Shown: piece after piece, positions 1-11,779 of the stretch
How the letters are laid out: the number at the start of each line of letters is the position of its first letter
Position numbering within the stretch: the first letter of the stretch is position 1
Assembly (NCBI GenBank): GCA_963841565.1
Contig: CAWJCY010000011.1
Coordinates: 36,810-100,809 of the forward strand
Direction of reading: 5' to 3'
Length of the DNA stretch: 64,000 nt
Origin: an uncultured Nitrososphaerales archaeon
GTDB lineage: Archaea > Thermoproteota > Nitrososphaeria > Nitrososphaerales > Nitrososphaeraceae
The notes under the pieces: generated by a model
The model's input: the letters and a program-made list of their open reading frames with translations, nothing else
Database searches by the model: none
What the model was told of the DNA's origin: nothing
Made by a program: the position numbers and the translations under genes

Positions 1-187
1 GAGGAACACTCATAGGGGAATACAGGTTTTTCGCAAGTACTCGTCCGTTAGATTCTAATAAAGATACGTATTCTACCCTCTCCGCATTCATTTTTGGAAT
101 TTTAAAGGATGAGAATAGCCTGACCAGAGCCTTCTCCACCGAGATGAGGGTCCTTGGTTTTATTTTAGAACTTTGGATACTATTCAT
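1..187 (-). CDS. moeA: Molybdopterin molybdenumtransferase MoeA, 5' part (runs off window edge)
   Basis: Manual translation from ATG at 187: MNSIQSSKIKPRTLISVEKALVRLFSSFKIPKMNAERVEYVSLLESNGRVLAKNLYSPMSVP; matches the MoeA N-terminus (LISVEEAL...VSL.E..GRVLA.D...P..VP). Not in the ORF track. Confidence 0.8.
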   Translation of the reverse strand, partial: MNSIQSSKIKPRTLISVEKALVRLFSSFKIPKMNAERVEYVSLLESNGRVLAKNLYSPMSVP

Positions 188-424
188 TCACGCAGAAAGT
201 CATGAACACTAGCCAATAAGTTTTTGTTTTAATAACCATATTTTCAAATACTCTGTAACTCAATTAATAGCTAAACCTTTGATTTGGTATTATCTAGACT
301 TCTCCAACTAGATGAGCCGATATAGGAAATGGGAACATAGTCCGCTTTCGACCTAGAATTGGCCACATATTGCAATTGTAACCAAAACCATTCAGAGAAA
401 ATAAAGAAATGAATGTTGAGATAT

Positions 425-1642
425 CTATCTAGCTGTAGAAGGAAGAAATGTCTGAACTATTCCGTGTCTTTCCAAAGTTTGGTTATTCCGAAATAAACTG
501 AAAGAAATATTGTCCCCTACTGATTTGTGCTCCTGGATATGTGCCAACAGTTGCTCAAACCTATCTACAGAAATCCCATCTATGGCAGTTATTATGTCTC
601 CGCCAAGTATCTCCCCGTATTCATTTGTGTCACTTCCTTGTAAGCCTGCTAAATCCGCAGTACCATCCCTCTGTAATTTACTTACGAATACACCATTCAT
701 ATCAGATGGTATATTTGTAGAGTTGATCATACGTTGAATTAAGTCAGGAGTGAGTGTTTCTCCAATGATCCCGATACCTGGATGAAGATAATAACCATTT
801 TCAACAATTGATGAAGCGACTCGATTAACTATATTCGAGGGAATGACTGCTGTCATTCCAGGAAATTGTCCCAAAGGTACACCCACAGGATTTAGCCTAC
901 CATAAATCATTCCTATGACTTTTCCAGTTGTGTCTATCAATGGTCCTCCTGAGTTGCCAGGATTCACCGTTACGTCAGATTGTATAATGTTAGGTATAGA
1001 GAATCCACCTGCCGGAAATGCTAATACATAATCAGTTTTACTTACCAAACCGCCGGTCATAGACGGTCCTGTCGAGCCAAAATTGTAACCGATGGTTACG
1101 ACAGGATCCCCGACATGCAATGCGCTTGAATTACCCACACTCACTGTCCTAAGGGTATCGTTAATAGTCGACAATTGACTCTGCTTTGTAGCTGCGGTAG
1201 TTACCGTATTTTGAATTGCAGCAGTCGAATTAAGTTCTAAAATTGCTACGTCACTAAAGGGGTCAGCACCTTTTAGCGTCGCTGGGTATCTTTCTCCCTC
1301 ACTTGATATTATATCCACATTCATAGCCCCCGATAATAAGTGATAAGCAGTAATAATGTGTCCCTTATCACCAAAAACAAAACCGGTACCTAGTTCAGTT
1401 AGATTTTGTATTTGGGGATTAAAAAGATTCGTAGGTATCGTATTCATGACGCTCACCGTTGAATGTTTTAGTTCATCAAAAATCATCTGTGAAGAGATTG
1501 ACTCATTGCTTTCTTGTGGTGAAGCAAAAGACAAATCCTGTGTGTAAATGATACACGCAAATAGAGCCATGGCCAACGAAACATATACACCATAGCGTTT
1601 CCTATTCAGAATTAGCACCTTCGTCCAGAGATATGGGGACAT
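425..1642 (-). CDS. HtrA/DegP-family trypsin-like serine protease with PDZ domain, N-terminal anchor
   Basis: GTGF, ITAYH (His), SDVA (Asp), NPGNSGGPL (Ser) motifs; C-terminal PDZ-like GDIITAIDG. Confidence 0.92.
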   Translation of the reverse strand: MSPYLWTKVLILNRKRYGVYVSLAMALFACIIYTQDLSFASPQESNESISSQMIFDELKHSTVSVMNTIPTNLFNPQIQNLTELGTGFVFGDKGHIITAYHLLSGAMNVDIISSEGERYPATLKGADPFSDVAILELNSTAAIQNTVTTAATKQSQLSTINDTLRTVSVGNSSALHVGDPVVTIGYNFGSTGPSMTGGLVSKTDYVLAFPAGGFSIPNIIQSDVTVNPGNSGGPLIDTTGKVIGMIYGRLNPVGVPLGQFPGMTAVIPSNIVNRVASSIVENGYYLHPGIGIIGETLTPDLIQRMINSTNIPSDMNGVFVSKLQRDGTADLAGLQGSDTNEYGEILGGDIITAIDGISVDRFEQLLAHIQEHKSVGDNISFSLFRNNQTLERHGIVQTFLPSTAR

Positions 1643-2414
1643 TTCCCTGTTATAAGTATTTAAGAATCTGAATTTTTTTGGCTATTTCAATTCCCCAAAC
1701 TGTCATCAATATATAGTACTATTGGTTAGCGGACAACGCTCTAGGTGGTAGAACCTACGATTTTCTGACGATTGCATTTCAAAAATCAAGTTCATTGCAT
1801 TTTTTGCATGAATACTTTGACCCATATGCTTTAATGACTAGGTAACCTTTTTCTTAAAATGTTATATTAAGATTAGTAACAGCCATTCTCACTTGTGAGA
1901 AATATTATCAATATTGCTGTATTGCTGTCGTCAAGATAGTTTATGCATTAGATAATAGAAAATAATAATAAACCAAACGTTTTCTGCCACCTCCTCACGA
2001 AGACATTGAAACGGCTTCCCCAAGATTCAGGATCAAGATTTCGTAAAGTAATGTTCTTATTTATTGTACATAACCTATACGTTGGTAATATTATCTGAAA
2101 CGTACAATAGTAATTTAAAATATCATTCCAAAACCATATACTTATGGGAACCTAAAGAGGAACAGTTGGATACTTTTGATCGCAAGAATCCTAAAAGTAG
2201 CTATCAATGTTATATGAATATTATACATATACATAAGACGGTATGTACTACATTGTATCCATGCCTACATTAAGAATCTTAGTTCCAGGTTACCTTCCCA
2301 CACATCGCCATATTGGTTCCAACCCCACAGAGTGAAATTTGTCGAGTATATATCTACCATATCACATTTGTTTAACATTCCTGCCAGTAATTCGGATCGG
2401 AAAGATAACAGCAG

Positions 2415-2780
2415 CTAATCCACACAAACCCCTGCGACTGCAACTTTTTTGAATAATTGAGGAGACATCACAGTGTTAGGAAGTACCTTAGCCATGTTAT
2501 CCCAGAACTCAGGTTTATCAAATGCCTGTCTAAAATGCGCTACAGATTCCCATACCACATAATTAATGAATGTAGAACTCCCAGCAATTCCTTGGTGCAA
2601 TTGAGCGGAAATGAATCCAGGTTGCTGAAAGACCTTAGTGGTATCGGCAAAAACCTTTAGGAACTCCTCGACCTCATCATAACCCACGTTGAACTTGTTC
2701 ATTAGAATGACTGCCCCAACCTCAGCTTCGAATTGTTCACTGAGTGTTACTGTGTCATCCATTTCAATGATCTTTACCAT
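2415..2780 (-). CDS. Antibiotic biosynthesis monooxygenase (ABM) family protein
   Basis: QQPGFISAQLHQGIAGSSTFINYVVWES motif; ATG at 2780 preferred over TTG at 2798. Confidence 0.85.
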   Translation of the reverse strand: MVKIIEMDDTVTLSEQFEAEVGAVILMNKFNVGYDEVEEFLKVFADTTKVFQQPGFISAQLHQGIAGSSTFINYVVWESVAHFRQAFDKPEFWDNMAKVLPNTVMSPQLFKKVAVAGVCVD

Positions 2781-3207
2781 ATCTAATTCTACTGGCAATA
2801 ATATTTCAGTATTTGGTGATCTACCTGCGTGAAAAAAGAGTCAGGATTCAATTTAATAAATGAGCGTAGTGAATTATTGTTTTTTGTCCATGTCACTTTC
2901 CGCCAGTATGCGATCATGGCCCCTTGACCATCGGGTAAGGAGTCAGACTAACAACAGGCTGCTATTTCTATGAAATCCAACACTAAGAATTGTATCCATC
3001 TAAGGAAAATAGGAGACGGTTACCACTCCTGGTTCTATCAATTGTGTTTGTGATTGACATCATATCGAGACCTACCTTAGACAGAAATGTAGGATGGTGA
3101 AGAGTAATAAAATTCGATGTCCTTTATCATAGCACTGACGATGGGTCTCTTTCATCGTCCAAAAGATACTACCTTTACCGTATTTGATACTAGCATAAAG
3201 TAATGGG

Positions 3208-3585
3208 TCACTTATTGTTTTTCGAAGTGGCAGAATTCTCTTTCGTCTGACTCTGCTTTTTGCCCTTATTCTTTGTTTTTTTGCTTTGCAGGTACTTTTT
3301 TAAAACCTTTGTAAGTTCTTTCACATTCTCTGAATGAGTAGACCTTCTTAAATTGTCAACGGGGATGTGATAGGCTCTAACTTTCGATATATTTTGATTT
3401 CCTAAACCAATCTTAGCAAATGCCTCTGCAATCTCCTTATTGGAATAGCCTCTACCTCTCCTGCTACGGGGTACACCTTTGCGATTGGTAAAGACAAGTG
3501 ATTTTTCCTCGTTGAATATTTGAAGCTTCCCCAAATTAGGTTCTCGCTTATCCAAGTCGGCTTCGCCTGAATCTACAGAGCTCAT
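3208..3585 (-). CDS. rpl13e: 50S ribosomal protein L13e-like
   Basis: RRGRGYSxxE and IPVDxxRRSxHxENV motifs; Lys-rich tail. Confidence 0.8.
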   Translation of the reverse strand: MSSVDSGEADLDKREPNLGKLQIFNEEKSLVFTNRKGVPRSRRGRGYSNKEIAEAFAKIGLGNQNISKVRAYHIPVDNLRRSTHSENVKELTKVLKKYLQSKKTKNKGKKQSQTKENSATSKNNK

Positions 3586-4264
3586 ATGTCGATCTAAATT
3601 GCAAGCTTATAAAAAGGATTTGGCATTACACTACTAGGATCCTCATAAAATTGAAATTGTGCGTTCAACTTAATCTACTGAATTCTGTCGCTATTAAGAG
3701 GCCCACAATTTTGAGTACTTGATGTCTTGCTAGTTTGAGAGAATTTAAAATTGATCTTCTCATGAATCTAATTGTATTTCTGTAATATTGGGATGTGTCT
3801 CTCCCAAGCAGTTTGTCAGCGCTAAAAGAATCCTATTAACTTGAGTACAACAACGGCAAACCCAATTATCATTGCCCCTCCGACAAGGAAAACATCCCAC
3901 TGTTTTGCAAAATATGACAGCAAATGTATTCTACTTCTAGATTTATCACACGTTGTCATACTTATCCTTTTGCAAATCAACACAGTAAATAGACCATCTT
4001 GGGCCGTTTGTTAAGAACGCAGCCTATTCATAGATATTCCATAGAAAGGACCCATGATCTCGGGAGAACAATATTCGTGTTACTAAATTATATTCTCGAT
4101 CGAAAGAATCGGTAAGTTAGACATTCAAAGTTAAGGTATCCTGAAATTCTTCATTTCTGAAAATCAGGACAAGACAAAAATCAGATTTTCGACTTCTGGT
4201 AGTTATATCCTATGCCTTGGGTATTGAAAAGAGAATTATATAGCATTAAGAGTATTGACAAATA

Positions 4265-4754
4265 ATGATTGAGAACAAGGTAATCAATTATATTTCACCG
4301 GACGCGAAGTTAGGTAGGAACGTCAAGATTTGGCATTTCTCATATGTGGGAAGTAATACCGAGATTGGCGACAACGTAAGTATTGGTTCTCTGACTCATA
4401 TAGATTATAATGTCAAAATTGGAGAGAATACTAGAATAGAAGGTTCTGTTTACATTCCGCCATTAACAGTTATTGGAAAAAATGTATTTGTGGGTCCTGC
4501 CGCAGCCTTCACTAATGATCCATATCCTACAAGTCCCAGAATGTCAGGTGTTATCGTGGAGGATGGAGTTATTATTGGTGGGAGAGCTGTCATGAAACCT
4601 GGGATTCGTGTGGGAAAGAACAGCGTCGTGGCAATGGCGAGCAGTAGTTACTAGAGATGTTCCCCCTGATACCGTTGTAATGGGCCATCCAGCTAGGATC
4701 AAATATTCCCGATCTGAGTACGACCTAAAGAAAGAAAAATGGAATTCTTCATAA
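4265..4754 (+). CDS. Hexapeptide-repeat (left-handed beta-helix) sugar N/O-acetyltransferase; one-base frameshift at ~4639
   Basis: LGRNVKI/IGDNVSIG/FTND motifs. Removing G4639 gives ...VAMAAVVTRDVPPDTVVMGHPAR...WNSS* ending at 4754, the usual C-terminus of the family. Confidence 0.85.
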
Positions 4755-4934
4755 AGTCTAGCAAAGTAGGACAGATCTATACAGTGAGCTGAGTCCATCT
4801 TCGAAGTTAGATAGCCAATTCTCAAATCCTCATCTTGATCTTCATAAATTATGCAAGTCCAGCGCTGCTCTAATTCCAATTTTTCATTTTTCTAGTCCTA
4901 AATCCATGCTTCCCTAAAATTAAAATCAAAGACT

Positions 4935-6681
4935 TCATCTCCCATTGACAATTTTAAGATCAAAGCCGAAGACAGCTCCCCTCCCACTCGGATTGTTCCT
5001 AGCCCATATTCTACCACCTTGAGCTTCGACCAAGTTCTTACAAAGGTATAGTCCAAGACCTGTCCCATCATAAGAATTAGTAGAAAACATAGTGAAGAGA
5101 TTAGCTTGTATTCTTGGATCGATGCCTTCTCCGTAGTCGGTTACGTTAACCGCCGCGAACTTATTATTCCCTTCGGCATGTTCGCTCAATGTCACCTCGA
5201 TATCTCCTCCTTCTTTTCTCGAAAATCTTAAAGCATTATTTAATAGGTTTGAAATTATTTGAACAAGCCTACTCAAGTCTGCTTCCACTATTATATTTGC
5301 AGGGTTACCATTTATGTCGGGACGGTACAATAGCCTAACCTGCCTTGTGTGATTCTCCTTAAAGATTTCTGTTCGATAATCTTTTACCATTGATAGTAAC
5401 AGATTATGGATTCTCACAGGTTCCTTGTTTAACTTGAGCATTTTACTTTCAATCCGAGTTACGTCAAGTATATTCTCAGTTAACTTCCGAAGTCTCTGTG
5501 CGTTTCTATATATTACTTCCAAGTATTTGTCAAGCTCTTTGTCCTTATTTTCCTTCACTACAATTTCAGAAAGCCCTAAAATTGGCTGAATAGGAGTTCT
5601 TAATTCATGTGCTGCAATGTTTATGAATTCTTTTTGTAACTTATTGTTGCGTTCCAGTTGGCTGTTTGCTTCCGTCAATTGCTTATTAGAGTCATGTAGC
5701 TCCTTAGTTCGCTTAGTCACCTCATTTTTAAGGGAATTATTCCATTTAATTAGAAAGATCATAAGAACAATTACTCCGGCTAAGGTAGGCAGCAAAGAGC
5801 GAAAACAATTTTACTCTTTCAATGAAAAGAGAATTTTCCAAGTCAGAATATAGACTATTTGTGGGAGTCACTGCCTGTACGAAGAATTCAGGCCGCCCGT
5901 TTACCGATATTGGTTCTTGGGTTGTAATTCTCTCCCCTCTTCCGTAGTCATATATTCCAAAACCTGAGTGACCCTGTAAGAGGTCTCGTGTGAGGTTATT
6001 CAATACCTTATTCCTGGCAACAAAATCCTGAACAAACTCTCCAAAGTAATTTTGTCCAAGAAGACCTGCATTGCCTGGATTAGTTATGATGTTACCTGTT
6101 TTATCGAACACCACCAAAAATTGATCATCAAGGTTTTCGAGGTTACCATAAGTCGAGAAGAATGGGGCGGTCGAGAAAGAAGCTCCCACGATTCCTAATC
6201 TCTCATTTGTCTCTCTGTCAAGTATTGGAAATGTAATAAATATTTTGTATATACCTTGTCTCTCAAAGCCACCTGAAAAATATGGCGCCTCAGTCTGGGT
6301 TCTTGTATCCTTGACCCATTGCCTCTGAGATAAGTCATCACCTGCTCTTAAGTCAGTATCATCTGTCGTCGTATTTGGGCCTGGCAAAGCCAAAGTCACT
6401 ATATTGTTCCTATCCAGTAGAAAAATGTTACTAATCCCAGCTCCGTATCTCTGCAATTTGTCGTTGATAAGCTTGGTTGTATCATTCGAAGCAAAATCTC
6501 CGCTTTGAAGTAGATCAGAATTTGCAAGACCATCTAATACAGATACCAGGATCCCAAGATCAGAGCTGATGCTTTGGGAGACGCTAGTTGTAACTTCCTC
6601 CTGTCTGTCAATCTGCTGTTCGTATATATTTTTCCTAACGGTTGACTCTGTAAAGTTTTGTAGAAAAACTAATAAAATCAA
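4935..6681 (-). CDS. Membrane sensor histidine kinase (Cache-like extracellular domain, HisKA, HATPase); split by a one-base frameshift at ~5788
   Basis: AAHELRTPIQP, NLLNNA, DYGEGI, GTGLGL. ORFs 5746-6681 and 4935-5795 join in TM2 (LFSLFAATLAGVIVL) if one G is removed. The first TM reads in frame upstream to ~6738, so the true start is uncertain. Confidence 0.85.
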
Positions 6682-6947
6682 TGAGGAACTTGCAATAGTA
6701 ACTACAAATATGATGCCTATCAGAATTAGTCTTTCCGTTTAGAGCCTCCCTCCTGATTCTACACCCAGTAAGTAATGTCACGGATTACTTTAACATTTCC
6801 ACTTCGTTATAGTGACAGTACAAATGGGTGTCAGAAATCATGGAAGGTATCTGCCCTCGTTTTACTGAATCAACCAAGGCAGAAAGCACATTGGTGATGT
6901 TAAGATAAACATAAATACATTTACCATACCCCCTATTTGGCAAGGAA

Positions 6948-8462
6948 ATGCCCTTTGAAGTTCCCTCTTCCCTGCATCTGAATTGTTACTCATTTTTCCT
7001 GGTATTTTTAGCTCTTTCGGCTTTCATCTTTTGTTTACAAATAAATGATTATTTGTCTTTGTATGATCAATTATTTAGTTTTAATTTTGAAGGGCCCTCT
7101 GATACACAAGCAGATCCCTTCTTCGAGGCATACTCGCATTCATCGGCATTCGCATCTACGGGCAGGATGAATGCATCTGATTTGGCAAATGGTAGTAGTA
7201 TAGTATCATGGGATGACAATGGAACAGAATTTGTATTGAGAGGCCTTCTCACTGATTTGGGCGAAGAAGGAAGGTGGAAATCATTGTTGGACAAGGGTCT
7301 GGAAAAATTGCAGCAAAAATATCCTGACAAGAACTTGCTACTTAAGTATCAGGAGCTACCAACTAATGATACTAGGGAAGAATTTCTGCGACTCATGACC
7401 AATAAATCAACAATCGATTTCATATCCGTTGATCAAATCTGGTTAGGTGAATTTGCCAGCAAAGGCTTGCTTTCCAACTTGACTGCGTACGTAGACAGTT
7501 GGGGAAGAGCACCTGATTGGTACCAGCAACACTGGGACGGCGGGAATTATAATGGAACGGTATACAGTATTTGGACATGGACGGACGTAAGAGGCATATG
7601 GTATTGGAAGGATTTGCTCCGACAAGCTCAGGTTAATGCGGACGATCTAAAAACGTGGAATGGTTACATTGAATCTGCACAGAAGTTAAACCAAAAGTTG
7701 AAGCCTAATGAAGTGAATGGAACTATTCTATTTGACACATATTATTCTCAAGATCTGTGGTTTCCTTATCTGTGGATGCTAGGAGGCGACATTGTGCAGC
7801 TCAAGGATGGGCATCCGACTAAGGGAACATACTGGTTTCCCACTTACAACGGTACAGAAGGGCTTCAGGCTCTAGGCTTTATTAAAGATCAATTTGATGC
7901 AGGAGTGAAACCAGATAGTCTGCCAGCCAGCGATAGACTTGAATTTGCTCAGAAAAAAATTGCAATGTTCCTCGGAGGTTCATGGATACCCGGATACTTT
8001 CCAAACCTGAAAAGAGCCGACTTTGAAAATATGGTAGGATTTATCCCAATGTTTCCCGTGCCAAGTCCTAATAAGCAGTCAAGTACATTAATGGGAGGAT
8101 GGGAACTGGCCATTCCAATCACATCCAATCACAAGACTCTTGCATGGGAATTGATCGAGGCAATCTTAGAGCCTGATATCCTTGGACCTTGGATTCAGAA
8201 GTACGGCTATCTCCCCACCCAAATTCCTCTTGGTCAAGGACTAATTCTCAACCAGACAGCCGCTGAGCTACCTTACTACGGTACCTTGATATCTATGATT
8301 CCATTCGGCAATATAAGACCAAGCATACCAGAATACCCATCTATTGCAGGACACATAAATGAAGCAATTCACCGAGTTTATTCTTCCAATGCTACTAATT
8401 CAAGTATAAGCACGATTCTAAATGAAGCTGCTCTTAAATCTGCAAGTGCTCTAGGTTGGTAG
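6948..8462 (+). CDS. Extracellular solute-binding protein (sugar-binding family 1-like), membrane anchored
   Basis: N-terminal TM; DQIWLGEFA, TDVRGIWYWKDLL, TLMGGWELAI and RPSIPEY patterns typical of the family. Confidence 0.8.
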   Translation: MPFEVPSSLHLNCYSFFLVFLALSAFIFCLQINDYLSLYDQLFSFNFEGPSDTQADPFFEAYSHSSAFASTGRMNASDLANGSSIVSWDDNGTEFVLRGLLTDLGEEGRWKSLLDKGLEKLQQKYPDKNLLLKYQELPTNDTREEFLRLMTNKSTIDFISVDQIWLGEFASKGLLSNLTAYVDSWGRAPDWYQQHWDGGNYNGTVYSIWTWTDVRGIWYWKDLLRQAQVNADDLKTWNGYIESAQKLNQKLKPNEVNGTILFDTYYSQDLWFPYLWMLGGDIVQLKDGHPTKGTYWFPTYNGTEGLQALGFIKDQFDAGVKPDSLPASDRLEFAQKKIAMFLGGSWIPGYFPNLKRADFENMVGFIPMFPVPSPNKQSSTLMGGWELAIPITSNHKTLAWELIEAILEPDILGPWIQKYGYLPTQIPLGQGLILNQTAAELPYYGTLISMIPFGNIRPSIPEYPSIAGHINEAIHRVYSSNATNSSISTILNEAALKSASALGW

Positions 8463-8714
8463 GCTATTTTCAGTACAGAAGATAGGAATTGAATCAACAT
8501 TTTCCTAGCTCGTCAGTAGTTGTTAGAATGTATACCTTTCGCTAACTGATAGGGTTATTATCGAATTGGCCATCTCCATTATAACTCCTTAGATCTAAAT
8601 CCCTCAGAATATTTTTTTGAATCATAATAATATAGATCTGAATCCGTTTAATGTATACAGTCAAATGATGCAAGAACAAGCCTACTGTACTATTCCGTTT
8701 ACCCTAAAGTCATT

Positions 8715-9320
8715 TTATTGTTTGTATCCACATGTACCACAAAAATTTGTGTGTCGAAGCAGAATTGTTCCACAGCCAACACATTGTTTTGGCACAGACT
8801 TCACTATGGGATACTCTTTATTGTTCTTTTGGCCATTCCGGTAAATGATCCTGTCAAATGATCCGATTGTTTCAATGACTTTGTCTGAATTGTTGATAGC
8901 AATGGTTGAAGGCTCCTTGCCGCTGGTCAATATGACGCCACCGTCTCCCGACCCACCATGGGAGGGGCTTCCGAGAAATCCCTCAATACCAAAACTGAAT
9001 TGTGAACCAGCAGTAGATGAATCTTCCATAACGGTACCTCCCGTAGAATCTTTCATCGAAGTTCCCTTTTCAATGGCCGTTCTCATCTCAAGAATCACGT
9101 GCATAACCAGGAAATTTAACGCCGACAAGGATATAGTATAGGTAACTACTTTGTGCACAAATTCCTTCTTGCTGATCTGCTTATTTTTGTACATTCGAAT
9201 ATCTGCGTCAAAAGATGTTCTGATATGTTCCGTATCTTTAAGCTGCTGCTCCATTTTGCTTGCCAGATTTCCCAAAACGTCTACTCCCCCTGGTCCTAGA
9301 GGCATGGAAGAGGAATACAT
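8715..9320 (-). CDS. Hypothetical protein with C-terminal zinc ribbon
   Basis: CVGCG-x8-FCGTCG at the C-terminus. Confidence 0.7.
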   Translation of the reverse strand: MYSSSMPLGPGGVDVLGNLASKMEQQLKDTEHIRTSFDADIRMYKNKQISKKEFVHKVVTYTISLSALNFLVMHVILEMRTAIEKGTSMKDSTGGTVMEDSSTAGSQFSFGIEGFLGSPSHGGSGDGGVILTSGKEPSTIAINNSDKVIETIGSFDRIIYRNGQKNNKEYPIVKSVPKQCVGCGTILLRHTNFCGTCGYKQ

Positions 9321-10135
9321 TAAATTTACACTTCAATCTGTTCGCTCGGAAGTAATAAAACTTTAGGCGCTTTCAGATGCAAAGAAACGGATTTATCGCC
9401 ATAAGTTTCTTATGAAACTAGGTTGGTTTGATCAAAAAAGCGTTGATTTGAACCCATTTTACCAAAATAAGTCCGTTTACAACTTTTAACAGAACTCGCT
9501 AACAAAACGAAAAATGTTAACGTAATCTCAACGGGTATGCGAGTCGTATTGAACATATTTAGCGGTCCATGCTCAGCTCATTTACTCATTCTTAAAAAAT
9601 AGGATTGCATAATAAAATATAAGGATGCTTCCCTAGGGGGGAATGTGTCAGGGTTGTCAACGCAGTCAGTCAACAAAACAGCGTAGGAGTTTGAATTGAA
9701 AAGAAAAGGATTTGTATCAGACATTTCTAACTTCACGATCCTCCCTACGGACCAAGCAAAAACAGAAGTATCGCACTTGCTAATTTGTAGGACAAGGAAG
9801 GGTACAATGTATTCAATGGTCAACTTCTTCTAAAGCATGAGATATAAGAGTGCCCTTGTTTCGTGGTCGTCCGTCTCTAGTCATACGGAGTCTTACTGAT
9901 ACGACTGTCCGTTGACTCACAATTGTTAAAAATGGAGAATAACACGTACATTCGAGCAGGTTAGGAATATTTTCTGTGAAATACGACATTCTATTTCAAA
10001 TGGAAGGGATCTTGAAACCCTAGTTGACGTTTCAACTGTGCTTTTGGATCTTGACTGTCCTTACTTCACAAATCGTACAAAGCATAGGTCTTCAACATTT
10101 GTTATTTTTTCATGATTCTCACATTCGATCATTCA

Positions 10136-10882
10136 TTAGTTTATTGTTTCCCCAATATCTTCCAAGTCAATAGGATGTTTCTGAGACCCTATTCCTAGTG
10201 CTTCGAGTTTTGACTTTACTATCCCACCTTGGGTCAGAATTTCTTTGCTACCTAAATCGGAAAGCACTACTTCACAATTATCCGCGTGTGTATCACCGTT
10301 CATGGGATTAAAGTCGATAATAATGTCGTAACCGTCTCCACAATCGAAATAGTCTGGCCCAGGTCCACCAATTAATACGTCGTCACCGGGTCCGCCATAA
10401 AGCTCGTCCTTTCCTTTATCACCTACCAAGAAATCACCACCGAAACTAGCCATAAGAATATCGTCGTTTGGACCACCATACAAACGATCGTTACCATCTG
10501 AGCTGCTGAGTTCGTCATTTCCTTCATCACCATAAAGAGTATCATCTCCTACCGATCCGTGCAGAACATCATGTCGCTCTAATCCTCTTAGTGTATCACC
10601 TGAGGTGCATCCGGTACCTTCCGTAGGAATGGGACAACCAATGATAATATCATTGCATTCGGTTCCCTTGGTATAGGATCTCGTGCCAATTATTATCTTT
10701 GTTTCACTACAATTACGATCATTATTTTTATTATTATTGTTATTATTATTATTGCCATCATCACCGTTGCCATTCCTGGCATGTGAGTCGTTTGGGAACT
10801 CTACGCTAACAATGAATCCTATTGTTAATAGTAGCCCAAATAAAACAATGATTAAGGAAAACCCACTATTATCTATATGCAT
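10136..10882 (-). CDS. Secreted RTX/haemolysin-type calcium-binding repeat protein
   Basis: Signal/TM, poly-Asn tract, repeated GGxGDDxLxG nonapeptides, CGDGYD...DNCE cap. Confidence 0.88.
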   Translation of the reverse strand: MHIDNSGFSLIIVLFGLLLTIGFIVSVEFPNDSHARNGNGDDGNNNNNNNNKNNDRNCSETKIIIGTRSYTKGTECNDIIIGCPIPTEGTGCTSGDTLRGLERHDVLHGSVGDDTLYGDEGNDELSSSDGNDRLYGGPNDDILMASFGGDFLVGDKGKDELYGGPGDDVLIGGPGPDYFDCGDGYDIIIDFNPMNGDTHADNCEVVLSDLGSKEILTQGGIVKSKLEALGIGSQKHPIDLEDIGETIN

Positions 10883-11185
10883 TATATATTCTTACCATGC
10901 ACTTCCTAATATTGAATAACTGGAATTTCCTGTCCAAACTGTTACGTAATGCTGTACAGTATGAATTGCCTAATCGATAATCTTGAAACTGTGTCATAGA
11001 ATTCTTCACTAACAGATTCTTAAACATACTAGGCCATACTCTAATGTTCCCTTATTGGGGAACCTATCACACAACTTGAACCGTATTAGGGAGTACTGAA
11101 ATGAGGAGTGGTTATCAAAATAAGGGAAAATCAATGCATAAGACGGGACCACCGCCCATCAGCATTGATGGGAAGATCGAGAGCA

Positions 11186-11779
11186 CTACTTATCTTCGCT
11201 CATTTCACCCAAGTTGAGCTTGGCTTCCAAGACATTAGAGATAGGAATAGCTTTCTCATCATCTGTGAGCAATGCTATTGCAGTTATATTTTTCAGACTG
11301 TGATCATTTAGAGTGGTGGCAAGTTGGATGGTTCCCTCTGGACTTGTTATGTTTAATGGATGAGGAAGTGATGAAGTTCGTATTAATGATTGATTGGCGG
11401 CGTAAACTTCCATAATTGCGTTGATAGGATTATCTATTAGTGATGATTCAGTTACATTGTAGTTAAGAAGTAACTTGACTTGATTTCCGGGGCTGTTGCT
11501 TATCGGACTCAGTGGTACAAAATGAGAATAGTTTAGTGTTTGGGATACACTATTTGGAGAATACCTTGGCGATAGCGTTAACTCATCTTTAATATCCGCT
11601 GATATTTCGTCTCTGATGGATGTTGCACTCGAACCAAGAGGGTGATCCTGCGCCATAGCAATTTTTTGTAGAGAATGTGGAGAAATTGCGAGCGAGAGGC
11701 AAACAGATAGGAAAAGAAATCCTGTTGAGAAGCCAAGTTTCGATACGTTTGAAATCCGTCGTCGCAATGAGGGTTTCAT
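11186..11779 (-). CDS. Secreted hypothetical protein
   Basis: Basic-hydrophobic signal ending AMA|Q; several NxS/T sequons. Confidence 0.7.
   Translation of the reverse strand: MKPSLRRRISNVSKLGFSTGFLFLSVCLSLAISPHSLQKIAMAQDHPLGSSATSIRDEISADIKDELTLSPRYSPNSVSQTLNYSHFVPLSPISNSPGNQVKLLLNYNVTESSLIDNPINAIMEVYAANQSLIRTSSLPHPLNITSPEGTIQLATTLNDHSLKNITAIALLTDDEKAIPISNVLEAKLNLGEMSEDK

Noticed and set aside
9629-9640. TTCCCTAGGGGG shared with ~51335 and its duplicate
   Set aside because: A single 12-mer match with no flanking similarity; plausible by chance in 64 kb.
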